A stretch of 64,000 bases of DNA from an uncultured Amylibacter sp. (GTDB taxonomy: Bacteria; Pseudomonadota; Alphaproteobacteria; Rhodobacterales; Rhodobacteraceae), in NCBI GenBank assembly GCA_905182285.1, contig CAJJAY010000007.1, positions 60,825 through 124,824 on the forward strand. Reading direction: 5' to 3'. The notes under the pieces are model-generated. The model saw only the letters and a list, made by a program, of their open reading frames with translations. It did not search any database and had not been told where the DNA came from. Within the stretch, counting starts at the first letter, position 1. Each line of letters opens with the position of its first letter. The position numbers and the translations under genes were made by a program. This document shows, in pieces, positions 31,006-41,778 of the stretch.

Positions 31006-31707
31006 ATGCCAAAAAAAAATATTTTTCCAATTATGTTTGGTTTGATTGGTGTTACAGTTTTACTGTCTCTTGCTGTCTGGCAGATGCAGCGCCTAGAATG
31101 GAAACAAGATATAATATCCAAAATAGAAGAAAGGCTTAGTGGTGAACCGCTCTCCTTAATTAATAATTATAAATTATCATTACCCTCTACGCATAATTAT
31201 CTCCGAGTTTATTTAGATGGAAATATTAAGAATAATGAAGCTCATATTTATGCACCTCAGAAGAATGGATTAGGATATCGGGTTGTATCTGAATTTGAAT
31301 GGAATGACGTATCTATATTGGTTGATCTGGGTTGGATTCCTGAAGATCAAAAAAATGAAATACGACCAACTGGTAAAGCAAAAGTTATAGGGTATATTTC
31401 TTATCCAGATGACCATGATGATAGCTTTACACCTAAACCTGATATAGTGAATAATATTTGGTTCTCAAGATTCGTACCAATTATGGCTAGAGAACTGAAT
31501 GTTGAACCTTTTTTAGTTGTTGCTGAGGAAGTTCAAATTAAAGAAAATGGTAATTGGAAGAATTATGAAGAAGTAACGCCACTTCCTATTTCTTTAAATA
31601 TACAAAATGATCACAAAGAATATGCTATTACTTGGTTTTCTTTAGCATTAGTTTGGTTTCTGATGACAATTTACTTACTTTGGCGTATTAAGCAAAAAAC
31701 AGTTTAG
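31006..31707 (+). CDS. SURF1 family cytochrome oxidase assembly protein
   Basis: WQMQRLEWK, VDLGWIP, NDHKEYAITWF; SD GAGG before the ATG at 31006. Confidence 0.93.
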   Translation: MPKKNIFPIMFGLIGVTVLLSLAVWQMQRLEWKQDIISKIEERLSGEPLSLINNYKLSLPSTHNYLRVYLDGNIKNNEAHIYAPQKNGLGYRVVSEFEWNDVSILVDLGWIPEDQKNEIRPTGKAKVIGYISYPDDHDDSFTPKPDIVNNIWFSRFVPIMARELNVEPFLVVAEEVQIKENGNWKNYEEVTPLPISLNIQNDHKEYAITWFSLALVWFLMTIYLLWRIKQKTV

Positions 31708-31717
31708 GAATGCAAAG

Positions 31718-33103
31718 ATGAAGTATGTATCCACCCGCGGTAAAGCTCCTGATCTTAATTTTGAACAAGCCATGCTTACAGGCTTGGCGCGTGATGGTGG
31801 ACTATATGTACCTGAAAAATATCCTACACTTTCTACAGAAAAAATCGCTTCATTTTCAACTAAATCATATGAAGAGGTTGCTTTTGAGATAATGAAGCCA
31901 TTTGTTGGTGATACATTTACAGATAATGAGTTTAAAAAAATTATTAAGCTAGCATATGCCGGGTTTTCGCACAGAGCTAAATGTCCAATTGTCCAGTTAT
32001 CAGAAAATCACTTCTTATTAGAACTATTTCATGGCCCAACATTGGCATTTAAGGATGTTGCAATGCAATTAATAGGCCAAATGTTTGAAGTTGCATTAAA
32101 ACGCCGTGGAGAAAAGGTTACTATAGTCGGCGCAACATCTGGTGATACTGGTTCAGCGGCTATGGAAGCCTTTAAAGGGCTAGATTCTGTTAATCTATTC
32201 ATCATGTATCCGCATGGAAGAGTATCAGAAGTACAACGCAGGCAAATGACAACTCCTAATGAATCAAACGTTCATGCATTGGCTGTTGATGGAGATTTTG
32301 ATACTTGCCAAGCATTACTTAAAGATATGTTTAACGACTTTGATTTTCGGGATGAAGTAAAATTAGCAGGTGTAAATTCAATTAATTGGGCAAGAGTTCT
32401 TGCTCAAGTTGTTTATTATTTTACTTCTGCTGTGGCTATTGGTGCTCCAAATCGCAAAGTTTCGTTTACTGTTCCAACAGGAAATTTTGGAGATATTTTT
32501 GCAGGATACGTTGCAAAAAAAATGGGGCTACCAATTGAACGCTTAATAATTGCTACAAATCAAAATGATATACTTCATAGAACGTTAAAAACAGGTAATC
32601 ACACGAAATCAGGAGTAAAACCTTCTATTAGTCCATCAATGGATATTCAGGTTAGTTCAAATTTTGAGAGATTAGTTTTTGATTTATATAAACGTGATGG
32701 TGCAAAAGTAATTGAGTTGTTTGATGCTTTGAAAAATGATGGATCATTTACCTTATCTGATGAAGCTATCAAACTCTTGAATGATGAATTTGATAGTGGG
32801 TGTTGTTCTGATTCAGAAACTTCTGAAGCTATCAAAAAATATTTTGATAATATGGGTGAAGTTCTATGCCCTCATAGCGCAATTGGCGTAAATGTTGCTG
32901 AAAGCCAGATAAGCCAAATACCAATGATTACTTTAGCGACAGCACACCCTGCAAAATTTCCAGATGCAGTAGCAAATGCATGTGGAATAACACCAGATTT
33001 GCCCTCTCACATGGCTGATCTATATGAACGTAATGAGAGAATGACCCGTGTATCAGGTGATTTAAAGGCTCTAGAAGCAATTATACGAAAAGGTATAAAA
33101 TGA
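31718..33103 (+). CDS. thrC: Threonine synthase
   Basis: YVSTRG, ELFHGPTLAFKD (PLP lysine), VPTGNFG, ATAHPAKF. Confidence 0.97.
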   Translation: MKYVSTRGKAPDLNFEQAMLTGLARDGGLYVPEKYPTLSTEKIASFSTKSYEEVAFEIMKPFVGDTFTDNEFKKIIKLAYAGFSHRAKCPIVQLSENHFLLELFHGPTLAFKDVAMQLIGQMFEVALKRRGEKVTIVGATSGDTGSAAMEAFKGLDSVNLFIMYPHGRVSEVQRRQMTTPNESNVHALAVDGDFDTCQALLKDMFNDFDFRDEVKLAGVNSINWARVLAQVVYYFTSAVAIGAPNRKVSFTVPTGNFGDIFAGYVAKKMGLPIERLIIATNQNDILHRTLKTGNHTKSGVKPSISPSMDIQVSSNFERLVFDLYKRDGAKVIELFDALKNDGSFTLSDEAIKLLNDEFDSGCCSDSETSEAIKKYFDNMGEVLCPHSAIGVNVAESQISQIPMITLATAHPAKFPDAVANACGITPDLPSHMADLYERNERMTRVSGDLKALEAIIRKGIK

Positions 33104-34365
33104 ATAACAATGTGAGAGTTACAACACTCGACAATGGTTTTCGAATAGTTACAGAACGAATGCCGGGCCTTAAATCAGCTTCACTTGGAGTTTGGGTTAG
33201 TGCAGGTTGTCGCAATGAGCGCCTTCAACAAAATGGCATTGCGCATTTTCTTGAGCATATGGCTTTCAAAGGAACAAAAAAACGAAATGCATTGCAAATT
33301 GCTGAAGCGATTGAAGATGTTGGTGGATATATAAATGCGTATACAAGTCGTGAAATGACTGCATATTATGTCCGTGTTCTTGAAGATGATGTACCTTTAG
33401 CATTGGATGTTATTTCAGATATCGTATTGAACTCAGTTTTTGATCCTAAAGAGCTAGAGATAGAACGTGGTGTGATTTTACAAGAAATAGGTCAGTCTTT
33501 AGATACGCCAGATGATATAATTTTTGATTGGCTGCAAGATACTGCTTATCCTGATCAAGCTATGGGTAGAGCAATTCTTGGAAGTACAGAAAATGTACGC
33601 TCATTTAGCCGAGAAGATTTACAAAATTTTGTAACTGAACATTATGGGCCTGAGCAAATGGTTTTATCAGCAGCTGGTTCAGTAGATCATGATGCGTTGG
33701 TTGAAGAGGCTAGATCTTTATTTGGGGATTTGAATCGTACTCCAAAATTTTCTAATGAACCTTCTAAATTTATTGGTGGTGAAGTTCGAGTAATTAAAGA
33801 TTTAGAGCAAGCTCATTTTGCACTTTCATTTGAGTCTGCAAGTTATTTAGACGATAATATATATACAGCACAAATTTACTCGACTGCTTTAGGTGGGGGC
33901 ATGTCGTCTCGATTGTTTCAAGAAATTCGAGAAAAACGTGGACTATGTTATTCAATATATGCCTCTGCAGGTGCATTTGCAGATAGCGGTATGATGACAA
34001 TATACTCAGGAACGAGTTCTAATGATATTTCAGGACTTGCCAATATCACAATCGATGAGATTAAGCGTTCTGCTTCAGATATGACTGATGAGGAAGTTGC
34101 ACGTTCACGTTCTCAGATGAAAGCTGGAATGTTAATGGGTTTAGAAGGCGCATCAGCTCGCTGTGAGCGGTTAGCTAGAACCATACTAATATTTAACCGT
34201 GTTCCTGATTTAGATGAAATTGTATCAAAAATTGATGCTGTAAATGCAGAACATGTAAAAGAATTTGCACAAAACTTATGTAATTCTTCTGTTGCCTATG
34301 CATTATATGGACCTGTTAAAAATGCGCCAGATGTTAGTGAATTAGAGAAACGTTTGGTGGGATAG
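33100..34365 (+). CDS. M16 family (pitrilysin/MPP-like) zinc peptidase
   Basis: HFLEH inverted zinc motif; GGGMSSRLFQEIRE. Confidence 0.93.
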   Translation: MNNNVRVTTLDNGFRIVTERMPGLKSASLGVWVSAGCRNERLQQNGIAHFLEHMAFKGTKKRNALQIAEAIEDVGGYINAYTSREMTAYYVRVLEDDVPLALDVISDIVLNSVFDPKELEIERGVILQEIGQSLDTPDDIIFDWLQDTAYPDQAMGRAILGSTENVRSFSREDLQNFVTEHYGPEQMVLSAAGSVDHDALVEEARSLFGDLNRTPKFSNEPSKFIGGEVRVIKDLEQAHFALSFESASYLDDNIYTAQIYSTALGGGMSSRLFQEIREKRGLCYSIYASAGAFADSGMMTIYSGTSSNDISGLANITIDEIKRSASDMTDEEVARSRSQMKAGMLMGLEGASARCERLARTILIFNRVPDLDEIVSKIDAVNAEHVKEFAQNLCNSSVAYALYGPVKNAPDVSELEKRLVG

Positions 34366-34961
34366 TGATATTTCGAAAGCAAAAATCTGCACTAGCGTTG
34401 GAAACACCAAATTGTATTTTAAGATTACCAATAATGAAAGATCATTTACAATGGGTAGAGCAAAGGCAAGATTCTAGACAATTTTTGGAAAACTGGGAAC
34501 CAGTGTGGTCTCCAGACTATTATTCAAAGCGTGCATTTCAAAATCGGGTTTATTGGGCAAATAAATCATTCAAAAACCTAAGTAGCCTTCCGTTATTCAT
34601 TATTAAAAGAGACAGTCAACAACTGGTTGGAGCTATTACGTTAGATAATATTCGTCGAGGTCCATCACAATCTGGCACGCTTGGGTATTGGATTGGTCAA
34701 GATTTTGCAAGATTAGGATATATGTCAGAAGCTGTAAAAGCAGTAGTTGCCTATAGTTTTTCTAAAATTAATATTAGTAGAATTGAAGCAGCCACTTTAC
34801 CAGATAACTTTGCATCGCGAGGCTTGTTAGAAAAATCTGGATTCAAATATGAAGGTGTAGCTCAAAGTTATTTACAGATTTCAGGGCGTTGGAGAAGTCA
34901 TGTGCTATATGCCAATTTACGAAATGATAGACGTGGCAAAACTGAAGCTGGTATTGCGTAA
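34365..34961 (+). CDS. RimJ/RimL-family GNAT N-acetyltransferase
   Basis: GTLGYWIG, G.MSEA, N.ASR.LLEK.GF.YEG, W..HVLY. Confidence 0.9.
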   Translation: MIFRKQKSALALETPNCILRLPIMKDHLQWVEQRQDSRQFLENWEPVWSPDYYSKRAFQNRVYWANKSFKNLSSLPLFIIKRDSQQLVGAITLDNIRRGPSQSGTLGYWIGQDFARLGYMSEAVKAVVAYSFSKINISRIEAATLPDNFASRGLLEKSGFKYEGVAQSYLQISGRWRSHVLYANLRNDRRGKTEAGIA

Positions 34962-34966
34962 TTTAT

Positions 34967-36379
34967 ATGGAAAAGAAAATGGATAAAATTTTTGATATTT
35001 TAGTTTCTAAATTTGGATCTGATTTAATTAGTTTGGCAGAAAAAAGTTATCTTGAAGAGCCTAGGGGTCGCTACAAATCAAACCCAATGCCAGTGATTAA
35101 GCCTCAAAATACTAAACAAGTTTCAGAAATTATTTGTTTTTGTAATGAAAATAATATCGGAGTAATACCTTATGCTGGTGGTACAGGCTTGGTTGGTGGC
35201 CAAACAGTAAAATCTGAAAAAGATATGGTATTATTATCAGTTGAACGGATGCAATCTATCCGAAATGTATTGCCTGACGAAAATATAATTATAGTTGAAG
35301 CAGGTGCTATATTAGAAAATGTCCAGCAAGCAGCAAATGATATAGATAGATTGTTCCCATTAGCATTGGCTTCGCAGGGATCCTGCCGAATTGGAGGTAA
35401 TCTTGCTACTAATGCAGGTGGTGTCCAAGTGCTTCGTTATGGAAATACTAGAGACTTATGTCTTGGGCTAGAAGCCGTGCTTCCTGATGGTAGTATTCTA
35501 AATGGATTAAAGAGGTTGCGAAAAGATAATACAGGGTATGACTTAAGAAACTTATTAATTGGTTCAGAAGGAACACTTGGTATTATTACTGCGGCTTGTT
35601 TGAAGATTTTTCCTAAGCCTAAAGAAACGGTTACTAGCCTTCTTGTTGTATCAAACCCTAACGCTGCAATTAAAGTATTAGCTGAGTTGCAATCAAAGTT
35701 AGACTCATCAATAACGGCTTTTGAATTGATACACAAACAGTCATATAACTTTTTATTGGAAGTATGTCCTTACGTGAAAATACCTTTTGATGATTGCCCT
35801 GAATGGTCAATTTTAATTGAATTATCAGGCGGTGAGGGTGCTAACCTAGAAAATAGATTGCTTGAGAGTTTAGAAGGACTATTAAATCACGGTATGGTTA
35901 GTAATGCTTTGGTTGCTCAGTCTGAAAAGCAAGCAAAAGAATTCTGGGACTTACGTGAAAATATACCTGAAGCAAATAGAAGAATTGGTTCTATATCTAA
36001 TCATGACATATCATTGCCTGTTTCTTTAATACCTAGGTTTATTAAAGAAATGCCTACATATATGGCGTCTTTGGGAGATTTGCGTATTAATTGTTTTGGA
36101 CACCTTGGTGATGGAAATTTACATTATAATATTTTTCCACCTTTTGGTAAAACTAAAGATGATTATGTCCATTTACGTGAAGAGATTAAGACAATTATTC
36201 ATGACAAGATAAATGATCTTGGTGGATCTGTTTCGGCTGAACATGGTATTGGACGTTTAAAGGTTGGTGATTTAGAAAAATATGGTGATCCAGTCAAATT
36301 AATTGCCATGCGAGCGATAAAAAATGCAATGGACCCAAATGGAATAATGAATCCAGGTGCTGTATTAAGAGAAAAGTAG
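34967..36379 (+). CDS. FAD-binding oxidoreductase (D-lactate/D-2-hydroxyglutarate dehydrogenase family)
   Basis: GGTGLVGG, IGGNLATNAGG, GSEGTLG, GHLGDGNLH, SAEHGIG. Confidence 0.9.
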   Translation: MEKKMDKIFDILVSKFGSDLISLAEKSYLEEPRGRYKSNPMPVIKPQNTKQVSEIICFCNENNIGVIPYAGGTGLVGGQTVKSEKDMVLLSVERMQSIRNVLPDENIIIVEAGAILENVQQAANDIDRLFPLALASQGSCRIGGNLATNAGGVQVLRYGNTRDLCLGLEAVLPDGSILNGLKRLRKDNTGYDLRNLLIGSEGTLGIITAACLKIFPKPKETVTSLLVVSNPNAAIKVLAELQSKLDSSITAFELIHKQSYNFLLEVCPYVKIPFDDCPEWSILIELSGGEGANLENRLLESLEGLLNHGMVSNALVAQSEKQAKEFWDLRENIPEANRRIGSISNHDISLPVSLIPRFIKEMPTYMASLGDLRINCFGHLGDGNLHYNIFPPFGKTKDDYVHLREEIKTIIHDKINDLGGSVSAEHGIGRLKVGDLEKYGDPVKLIAMRAIKNAMDPNGIMNPGAVLREK

Positions 36380-36404
36380 TATTATTATCTTAAAAAATAC
36401 TTAT

Positions 36405-36938
36405 TTATAAACCTTCAAATTCGCATAATACATAAGTTGGTATACCAAGGTTTTCTATTTTTTTTCTTCCGCCAAGTTCAGGTAAATCAATTATAAATGC
36501 GGCCATTTCTACTTTTCCACCTAGTCTTTCAATTAGATTAACCCCAGCTTCAGCTGTCCCACCTGTAGCAATTAGATCATCAAACAATAGTATTTTTTGT
36601 CCAGGTTCAATAGCATCATCATGAATTTCTAAAGTTGCTTTACCGTATTCTAAATCATAGTCTTGAGAAATTGTTTTTCCAGGTAATTTTCCTTTTTTCC
36701 GGATCATAGTAAATCCTAATCCTAATTTATAAGCCAATGCAGCTCCAAGCATAAACCCCCGAGCTTCTAATCCTGCTACTTGGTCAAAGTTATGAATAGC
36801 CATTGCTTCAGCCATTTGATCAACTGTATCTCGCAAGCCTTTAGAGTTATTAAAAAGTGTTGTTATGTCCCGAAACTGAATACCGGCATGTGGAAAATCT
36901 GGAATTGTTCTGATATATTCTTTAAGGTTATTTGCCAT
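36405..36938 (-). CDS. apt: Adenine phosphoribosyltransferase
   Basis: [33 protein letters not shown]. Confidence 0.96.
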   Translation of the reverse strand: MANNLKEYIRTIPDFPHAGIQFRDITTLFNNSKGLRDTVDQMAEAMAIHNFDQVAGLEARGFMLGAALAYKLGLGFTMIRKKGKLPGKTISQDYDLEYGKATLEIHDDAIEPGQKILLFDDLIATGGTAEAGVNLIERLGGKVEMAAFIIDLPELGGRKKIENLGIPTYVLCEFEGL

Positions 36939-37821
36939 TATTTACCTCTTGTAAATTATTTAGAATGCGACCAGCTACTGCATCCAATTTTGCTACCATT
37001 TCTGGATTACGCACGCTTGGCTGAGTTAAAACTGCAAACTCAAGAGCTTTATCACATCCATTGATGCAGGCTGAACGCTTTGAAGTTAGTAGTTCTGGTA
37101 AATATGTGATTAATTTCTTTGCGTTTTCTGCGTTGCAGCGTAATGTCTTTATAATGTTCACAATATCAACCTCTCCATGATCTGGGTGCCAACTATCATA
37201 ATCAGTAATCATTGCTACAGAAGTGTAGCAAATTTCTGCTTCTCTTGCTAATTTTGCTTCTGGCATATTAGTCATTCCAATAACATCACATCCCCAGATA
37301 TCTTTATATAATTTACTTTCAGCTAGAGTTGAAAATTGCGGCCCTTCCATGGCTAAGTAAGTTCCGCCTAAATGTACTTTGATGCCTTGATTAGATGCAG
37401 CTTTTTGGCAAATTTCTCCCAACCGTGAACAAGTAGGTTTTGCCAGAGAGACATGAGCTACGCATCCAGGCCCAAAGAAGGATTTTTCCCTTAAAAAAGT
37501 GCGGTCAATAAATTGATCAATAATTACAAAATCACCAGGCTCCATATCTTCTCTGAAAGATCCACATGCTGATATTGATACAATGTCTGTAACACCACAC
37601 CTCTTCATTATATCTATATTAGCTCTATAATTAATTGATGACGGTGTTTGAATATGACCTCTGCCATGTCTGGGCAAAAACACTATCTTAATTCCTTTAA
37701 TATATCCTATTAAGACTTCATCTGATGGTATTCCAAAAGTACTATCTATATTAACCCATTGAGGGTTTTCTAAGCTATCGATCTCATAAATTCCACTGCC
37801 ACCAATAATACCAATAATCAT
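36928..37821 (-). CDS. mtnP: S-methyl-5'-thioadenosine phosphorylase
   Basis: [38 protein letters not shown]. Confidence 0.93.
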   Translation of the reverse strand: MIIGIIGGSGIYEIDSLENPQWVNIDSTFGIPSDEVLIGYIKGIKIVFLPRHGRGHIQTPSSINYRANIDIMKRCGVTDIVSISACGSFREDMEPGDFVIIDQFIDRTFLREKSFFGPGCVAHVSLAKPTCSRLGEICQKAASNQGIKVHLGGTYLAMEGPQFSTLAESKLYKDIWGCDVIGMTNMPEAKLAREAEICYTSVAMITDYDSWHPDHGEVDIVNIIKTLRCNAENAKKLITYLPELLTSKRSACINGCDKALEFAVLTQPSVRNPEMVAKLDAVAGRILNNLQEVNNGK

Positions 37822-37851
37822 TTACTTCATTACCTTATTGAAAATTTAACT

Positions 37852-38328
37852 TTAATTAGTTCTCTTACAATATCTGTTACTAGCCCAAATTTTTTGTTTT
37901 TTTGTTTCCACGGCGTAAATTCTATGTTCTCGTATTATATTTAGAGCATTCTGGGGGTCTTGCCCTTGTTCTACAAGTAATTTCATAGCAATCATTCCAG
38001 AACGGCCTTGGCCGCCCTTACAGTGTATTAATATGCGACCGTTTGAATTCAGTATTTCCAATAGTTGTGTAATCTCTTTCTCTAAATTCTCCATAGGGAT
38101 GTCAAAATCATTTACTGGTAAATGCATCCATGTTTTTGTGCAGTGTGAAATTTTTTCTGGAAAATTATTAATTTCAAATTCATCTAATGTTGTCATTGTA
38201 ACTATTATATCAGCACACCAGGCTTTGATTTTTTGAAAATCATTTGATGAGTTTGGTTGTCTGCAAATTGCTATTTTACCTGTAGAAAAACCATCAAATG
38301 TATATAATTCAAAAGGTTCTTTTTTCAT
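37852..38328 (-). CDS. Cys-based (dual-specificity/PTP) phosphatase
   Basis: HLPVNDF acid loop and CX5R signature HCKGGQGRSG. Confidence 0.88.
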   Translation of the reverse strand: MKKEPFELYTFDGFSTGKIAICRQPNSSNDFQKIKAWCADIIVTMTTLDEFEINNFPEKISHCTKTWMHLPVNDFDIPMENLEKEITQLLEILNSNGRILIHCKGGQGRSGMIAMKLLVEQGQDPQNALNIIREHRIYAVETKKQKIWASNRYCKRTN

Positions 38329-38948
38329 TTTGGGCGTTCTAATTGATAAACTTTAGTTATAGTTGCATAATCTTTATATCCTAATCGAGCGATTGGACGA
38401 TATTTTGTAATATCTAACTTACCGTTTATAATAAATTCATCTTTAATATGAACAGCTGTTACTAATCCAATTACCCACTTGCTTGTTCCGGGTAAAGAAA
38501 TGATATCGTGTAATTTGCATTCTAAAGAAACAGGTGCTTCAGTTACAAAAGGTGCTGATACTGTTACTCCGCTTGTTTGAGTGAGGCCTGCAATTTCATA
38601 TTCATTTTCATTGTGTGGGAAATGACCAGAAGAAATATTCATTTGGTTCTTTAAAGCTTCAGAGACTATGCTAACACAAAAGTTTCCAGTAGCTTCAATA
38701 TTGCTCAAACTGTCTTTTGGTTCGTCAATGCCTATTTTTGATGGGCCTGAGCCAAAACCAATTATAGGGGGGCTATCTTGCATTCCGTTAAAGAATGAAT
38801 AAGGAGCTAGATTACTTCGACCTTCTTTATCAATAGTAGAAATCCAAGCAATTGGTCGTGGTGCTACTATAGCTTTAAAAGGATTATATTTTAAGCCATG
38901 GTCGTTCAGTTCAGTTGTATAAAACATCTGGTTAGTCCTAGTTTTCAC
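38325..38948 (-). CDS. Flavin reductase-like (FMN-binding split barrel) protein
   Basis: PRPIAWIST, NLAPYSFFN, KDSLSNIEATG, PIARLGY. Start may be the downstream ATG (MFY). Confidence 0.88.
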   Translation of the reverse strand: MKTRTNQMFYTTELNDHGLKYNPFKAIVAPRPIAWISTIDKEGRSNLAPYSFFNGMQDSPPIIGFGSGPSKIGIDEPKDSLSNIEATGNFCVSIVSEALKNQMNISSGHFPHNENEYEIAGLTQTSGVTVSAPFVTEAPVSLECKLHDIISLPGTSKWVIGLVTAVHIKDEFIINGKLDITKYRPIARLGYKDYATITKVYQLERPK

Positions 38949-39013
38949 ATTTGCTCAATTCTTAACGACATGCTATCCGCAATACTAGTGTAAGAAGTGC
39001 AAAACGATTAGAT

Positions 39014-39505
39014 ATGTACGAAATAAAACAAGAAAAAAAAGATGATTGGTGGGATGTTGAAAGCCTTCTTGATTTATCTTTTGCTCCCGGAAGAGAGGCC
39101 TTAAGTTCTTATAGGCTTCGTGATGGCATTTTACCTGTTGCAGAGCTTTGTCTTATTGCTCGAGACCTTAATGGAATTATTGGTGGATCAATTAGATTTT
39201 GGCCAATTCAAATTGGCTCTAAAAAAGCAAAAGCATTACTATTAGGCCCAATCGCAGTACACCCTACTCGACAGGGAGAAGGAGTGGGTGGAGAATTAAT
39301 CCGATCTGCTCTTGAATTGGCAAAAAATGATGGATGGACACGAATTGTTTTAATCGGTGATGAAATATATTATCAAAAATTTGGCTTTAAGAAGTCAGGT
39401 TTCTTAAGTTTTCCGCCGCCAACAAACCCCGACAGACTTTTATATCTAGAATTAAAGTCTGGAGCATTTAAAGGCGTTAATGGCCAAATTCAGAAATTTG
39501 AGTAA
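39014..39505 (+). CDS. GNAT family N-acetyltransferase (YhbS-like)
   Basis: LLGPIAVHPTRQGEGVG, GD..YY.KFGF. Confidence 0.88.
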   Translation: MYEIKQEKKDDWWDVESLLDLSFAPGREALSSYRLRDGILPVAELCLIARDLNGIIGGSIRFWPIQIGSKKAKALLLGPIAVHPTRQGEGVGGELIRSALELAKNDGWTRIVLIGDEIYYQKFGFKKSGFLSFPPPTNPDRLLYLELKSGAFKGVNGQIQKFE

Positions 39506-39520
39506 AGCTTAATAAAACAA

Positions 39521-41767
39521 CTAGTTCTTATTCTGCAACCATTCAACTAAATGATCTCTGACTGATTGAGCCCCTGATTTTCGCGCCTCATTAATTACAT
39601 TACGCGCTTCATTTAAATCTGTTTTTAATAATATATTTTTCACAGGTCCAATTGATGCAGGTCTCATAGACAATTCGCGTAGACCCATGGCTGCAAAGCA
39701 CAAAGCTTCAATGGGTTTTCCTGCATCTTCACCACAAAAACTAACAGGTGTTCCATGAACATTGCAACGTTCTGCTATGAGTTCAATAAAGCTTAAATAA
39801 CTAACATTTAAGGTATCATATCGTTTTCTAACGCGTTCATTTTCTCGATCAGCTGCATAAAAAAACTGTTTTAAATCATTACCACCAATAGAAATAAAAT
39901 CACATTGTTCAAAGAATTGATCAGGAGCGAAAGCAAGACTTGGTGTTTCAAGCATCGCACCTATCTTTATTTCTGATGGTATTGTATGGCCAATTTTTTT
40001 TTCATTTTCTAATACTTTAAAAAATAATTCACGTGCATCTCTAAATTCGTTAAATTGTGCAATAAACGGAAACATTATTCTTAATGAACGACCTTGAGCA
40101 CCTCTTATTAGTGCTTGCAGCTGCATTTTCATGACGCCCTGCTTATCAAGACCTAATCTGATAGCGCGCCATCCCATCGCAGGATTTGGCTCATCCATTG
40201 GATTCATATATGATGCTACTTTATCAGAGCCAATGTCTAATGTTCTGAATGTTACAGGTTTCCCTTTTGCACTATCCATTACATGGCCATATGTTTGGGC
40301 TAATTCATCTCTTTTGGGAACAGCATTACGCATCAAAAATAATAATTCTGTTCTAAATAACCCAACGCCTTCTGCTCCGGAGTTTTCTAAACTTGGTAAA
40401 TCAACTAATAATCCTGCATTCATTTGCAACTTTATTTTTGTGCCATCTAAAGTCTTTGCAGGTATATCGCGAATTTTGGCATATTTTTGTTGTGCTTTAG
40501 TTAGCATTGCTAACTTATCTTGGAACGCAATCCGCACTTCGTCAGTTGGCCTAAGATGAATAATGCCTTGTTCTCCATCTACTAGAATTGGATCACCATT
40601 CAGTGCTTCTCTAGTTATGTGAGTAGCATGAATTAACATTGGAATAGCCCAAGCCCTCGCTATTATTGCTGCATGGGAACCTACTGATCCCTCTTCAAGC
40701 ACAACAGCCTTTAATTTTTTCCCGTACTCTAAAAGTTCTGCGGGTCCAATATTTCGAGCAATTAAAATCGCATTATCAGGTATAGCATCAGAAGGATTAC
40801 GGCCTTGACCCGTTAGTAATCTTAAAAGTCGATTTGATAGGTCATCTAGATCCTGCAATCTTTCGCGTAAGTATGGATCTGGAACTCTTGCCATTCGAGC
40901 ACGAGTAGAAGATTGCTCTTTTTCAACTGCAAGCTCTGCTGTTAATCCACTATTTATACTTGCTTCTAGTCTAGCCATCCATCCTTTAGAGTTAGCCAAC
41001 ATTTGATATGCTTTTAGAATATCTGTTTGTTCTTTGCCCCCTCCAATACGGTTTGTGCTCAATAAATCGTCTACACTTAGCCTTAATTGGTCCATAGCAT
41101 CTGTTAGTCTTGTGATTTCTTCTTCGGGATCGTCTGCTATAAGGTTTGAAACAACTATTTTAGGATCATGAAGAAGAACTACACCTTGAGCTGAGCCTTC
41201 TTGCGCAATTCCTCCTGTCAACATATGAGCTCTTTTATGTGGAGCAGACATTGCTTCTCCATCTCCAATAAAAGCACCAAGTTCCTTCATCTCAGCGATT
41301 ACCATTGCAACTACTTCTAGAGCATAAACATCATCATCCGAATATTTCCGAGCTTTACGATCTTGGACCACAAGTACACCTAAGACCTCGCCCATACGTT
41401 GAATTGGTATCCCAGCGAAAGAATTAAAAAATTCTTCACCGGTTTCAGGCATATAACGAAAACCTTTAGTTTGCGTTGCATTTTCAGCATTAACTGGCTG
41501 CGCTGTTTTTGCTACTCTTCCAACTAGTCCTTCACCAATTCGCATTCTTGTCTGGTGAACGGCTGCTTTATTTAATCCTTGTGTAGCGCATAACTCCAAA
41601 GTTAAACGGTCTCTGCGCAAATATATTGAACAAACTTCACTATCCATAGAGCTAGAAACAATCTCAACAATATGATCTAGACGAGCTTGCCCACCTGCAT
41701 CTTCTGCCATGGTTTCACGAAGTCGTTTTAATAAATCGCGCGAGTCATTTGTTGTGTATTTGGCCAT
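39521..41767 (-). CDS. ptsP: PTS(Ntr) enzyme I (GAF domain plus PEP-protein phosphotransferase)
   Basis: N-terminal GAF domain, SHAAI phospho-His, GLFRTE, RTLDIGSDK, SIGGNDL. Confidence 0.96.
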   Translation of the reverse strand: MAKYTTNDSRDLLKRLRETMAEDAGGQARLDHIVEIVSSSMDSEVCSIYLRRDRLTLELCATQGLNKAAVHQTRMRIGEGLVGRVAKTAQPVNAENATQTKGFRYMPETGEEFFNSFAGIPIQRMGEVLGVLVVQDRKARKYSDDDVYALEVVAMVIAEMKELGAFIGDGEAMSAPHKRAHMLTGGIAQEGSAQGVVLLHDPKIVVSNLIADDPEEEITRLTDAMDQLRLSVDDLLSTNRIGGGKEQTDILKAYQMLANSKGWMARLEASINSGLTAELAVEKEQSSTRARMARVPDPYLRERLQDLDDLSNRLLRLLTGQGRNPSDAIPDNAILIARNIGPAELLEYGKKLKAVVLEEGSVGSHAAIIARAWAIPMLIHATHITREALNGDPILVDGEQGIIHLRPTDEVRIAFQDKLAMLTKAQQKYAKIRDIPAKTLDGTKIKLQMNAGLLVDLPSLENSGAEGVGLFRTELLFLMRNAVPKRDELAQTYGHVMDSAKGKPVTFRTLDIGSDKVASYMNPMDEPNPAMGWRAIRLGLDKQGVMKMQLQALIRGAQGRSLRIMFPFIAQFNEFRDARELFFKVLENEKKIGHTIPSEIKIGAMLETPSLAFAPDQFFEQCDFISIGGNDLKQFFYAADRENERVRKRYDTLNVSYLSFIELIAERCNVHGTPVSFCGEDAGKPIEALCFAAMGLRELSMRPASIGPVKNILLKTDLNEARNVINEARKSGAQSVRDHLVEWLQNKN

Positions 41768-41778
41768 TTTTTTCAGCT

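Noticed and set aside
27410-31707. coxA (subunit I) missing from the oxidase cluster
   Set aside because: Separate location of ctaD/coxA is normal in Rhodobacteraceae.
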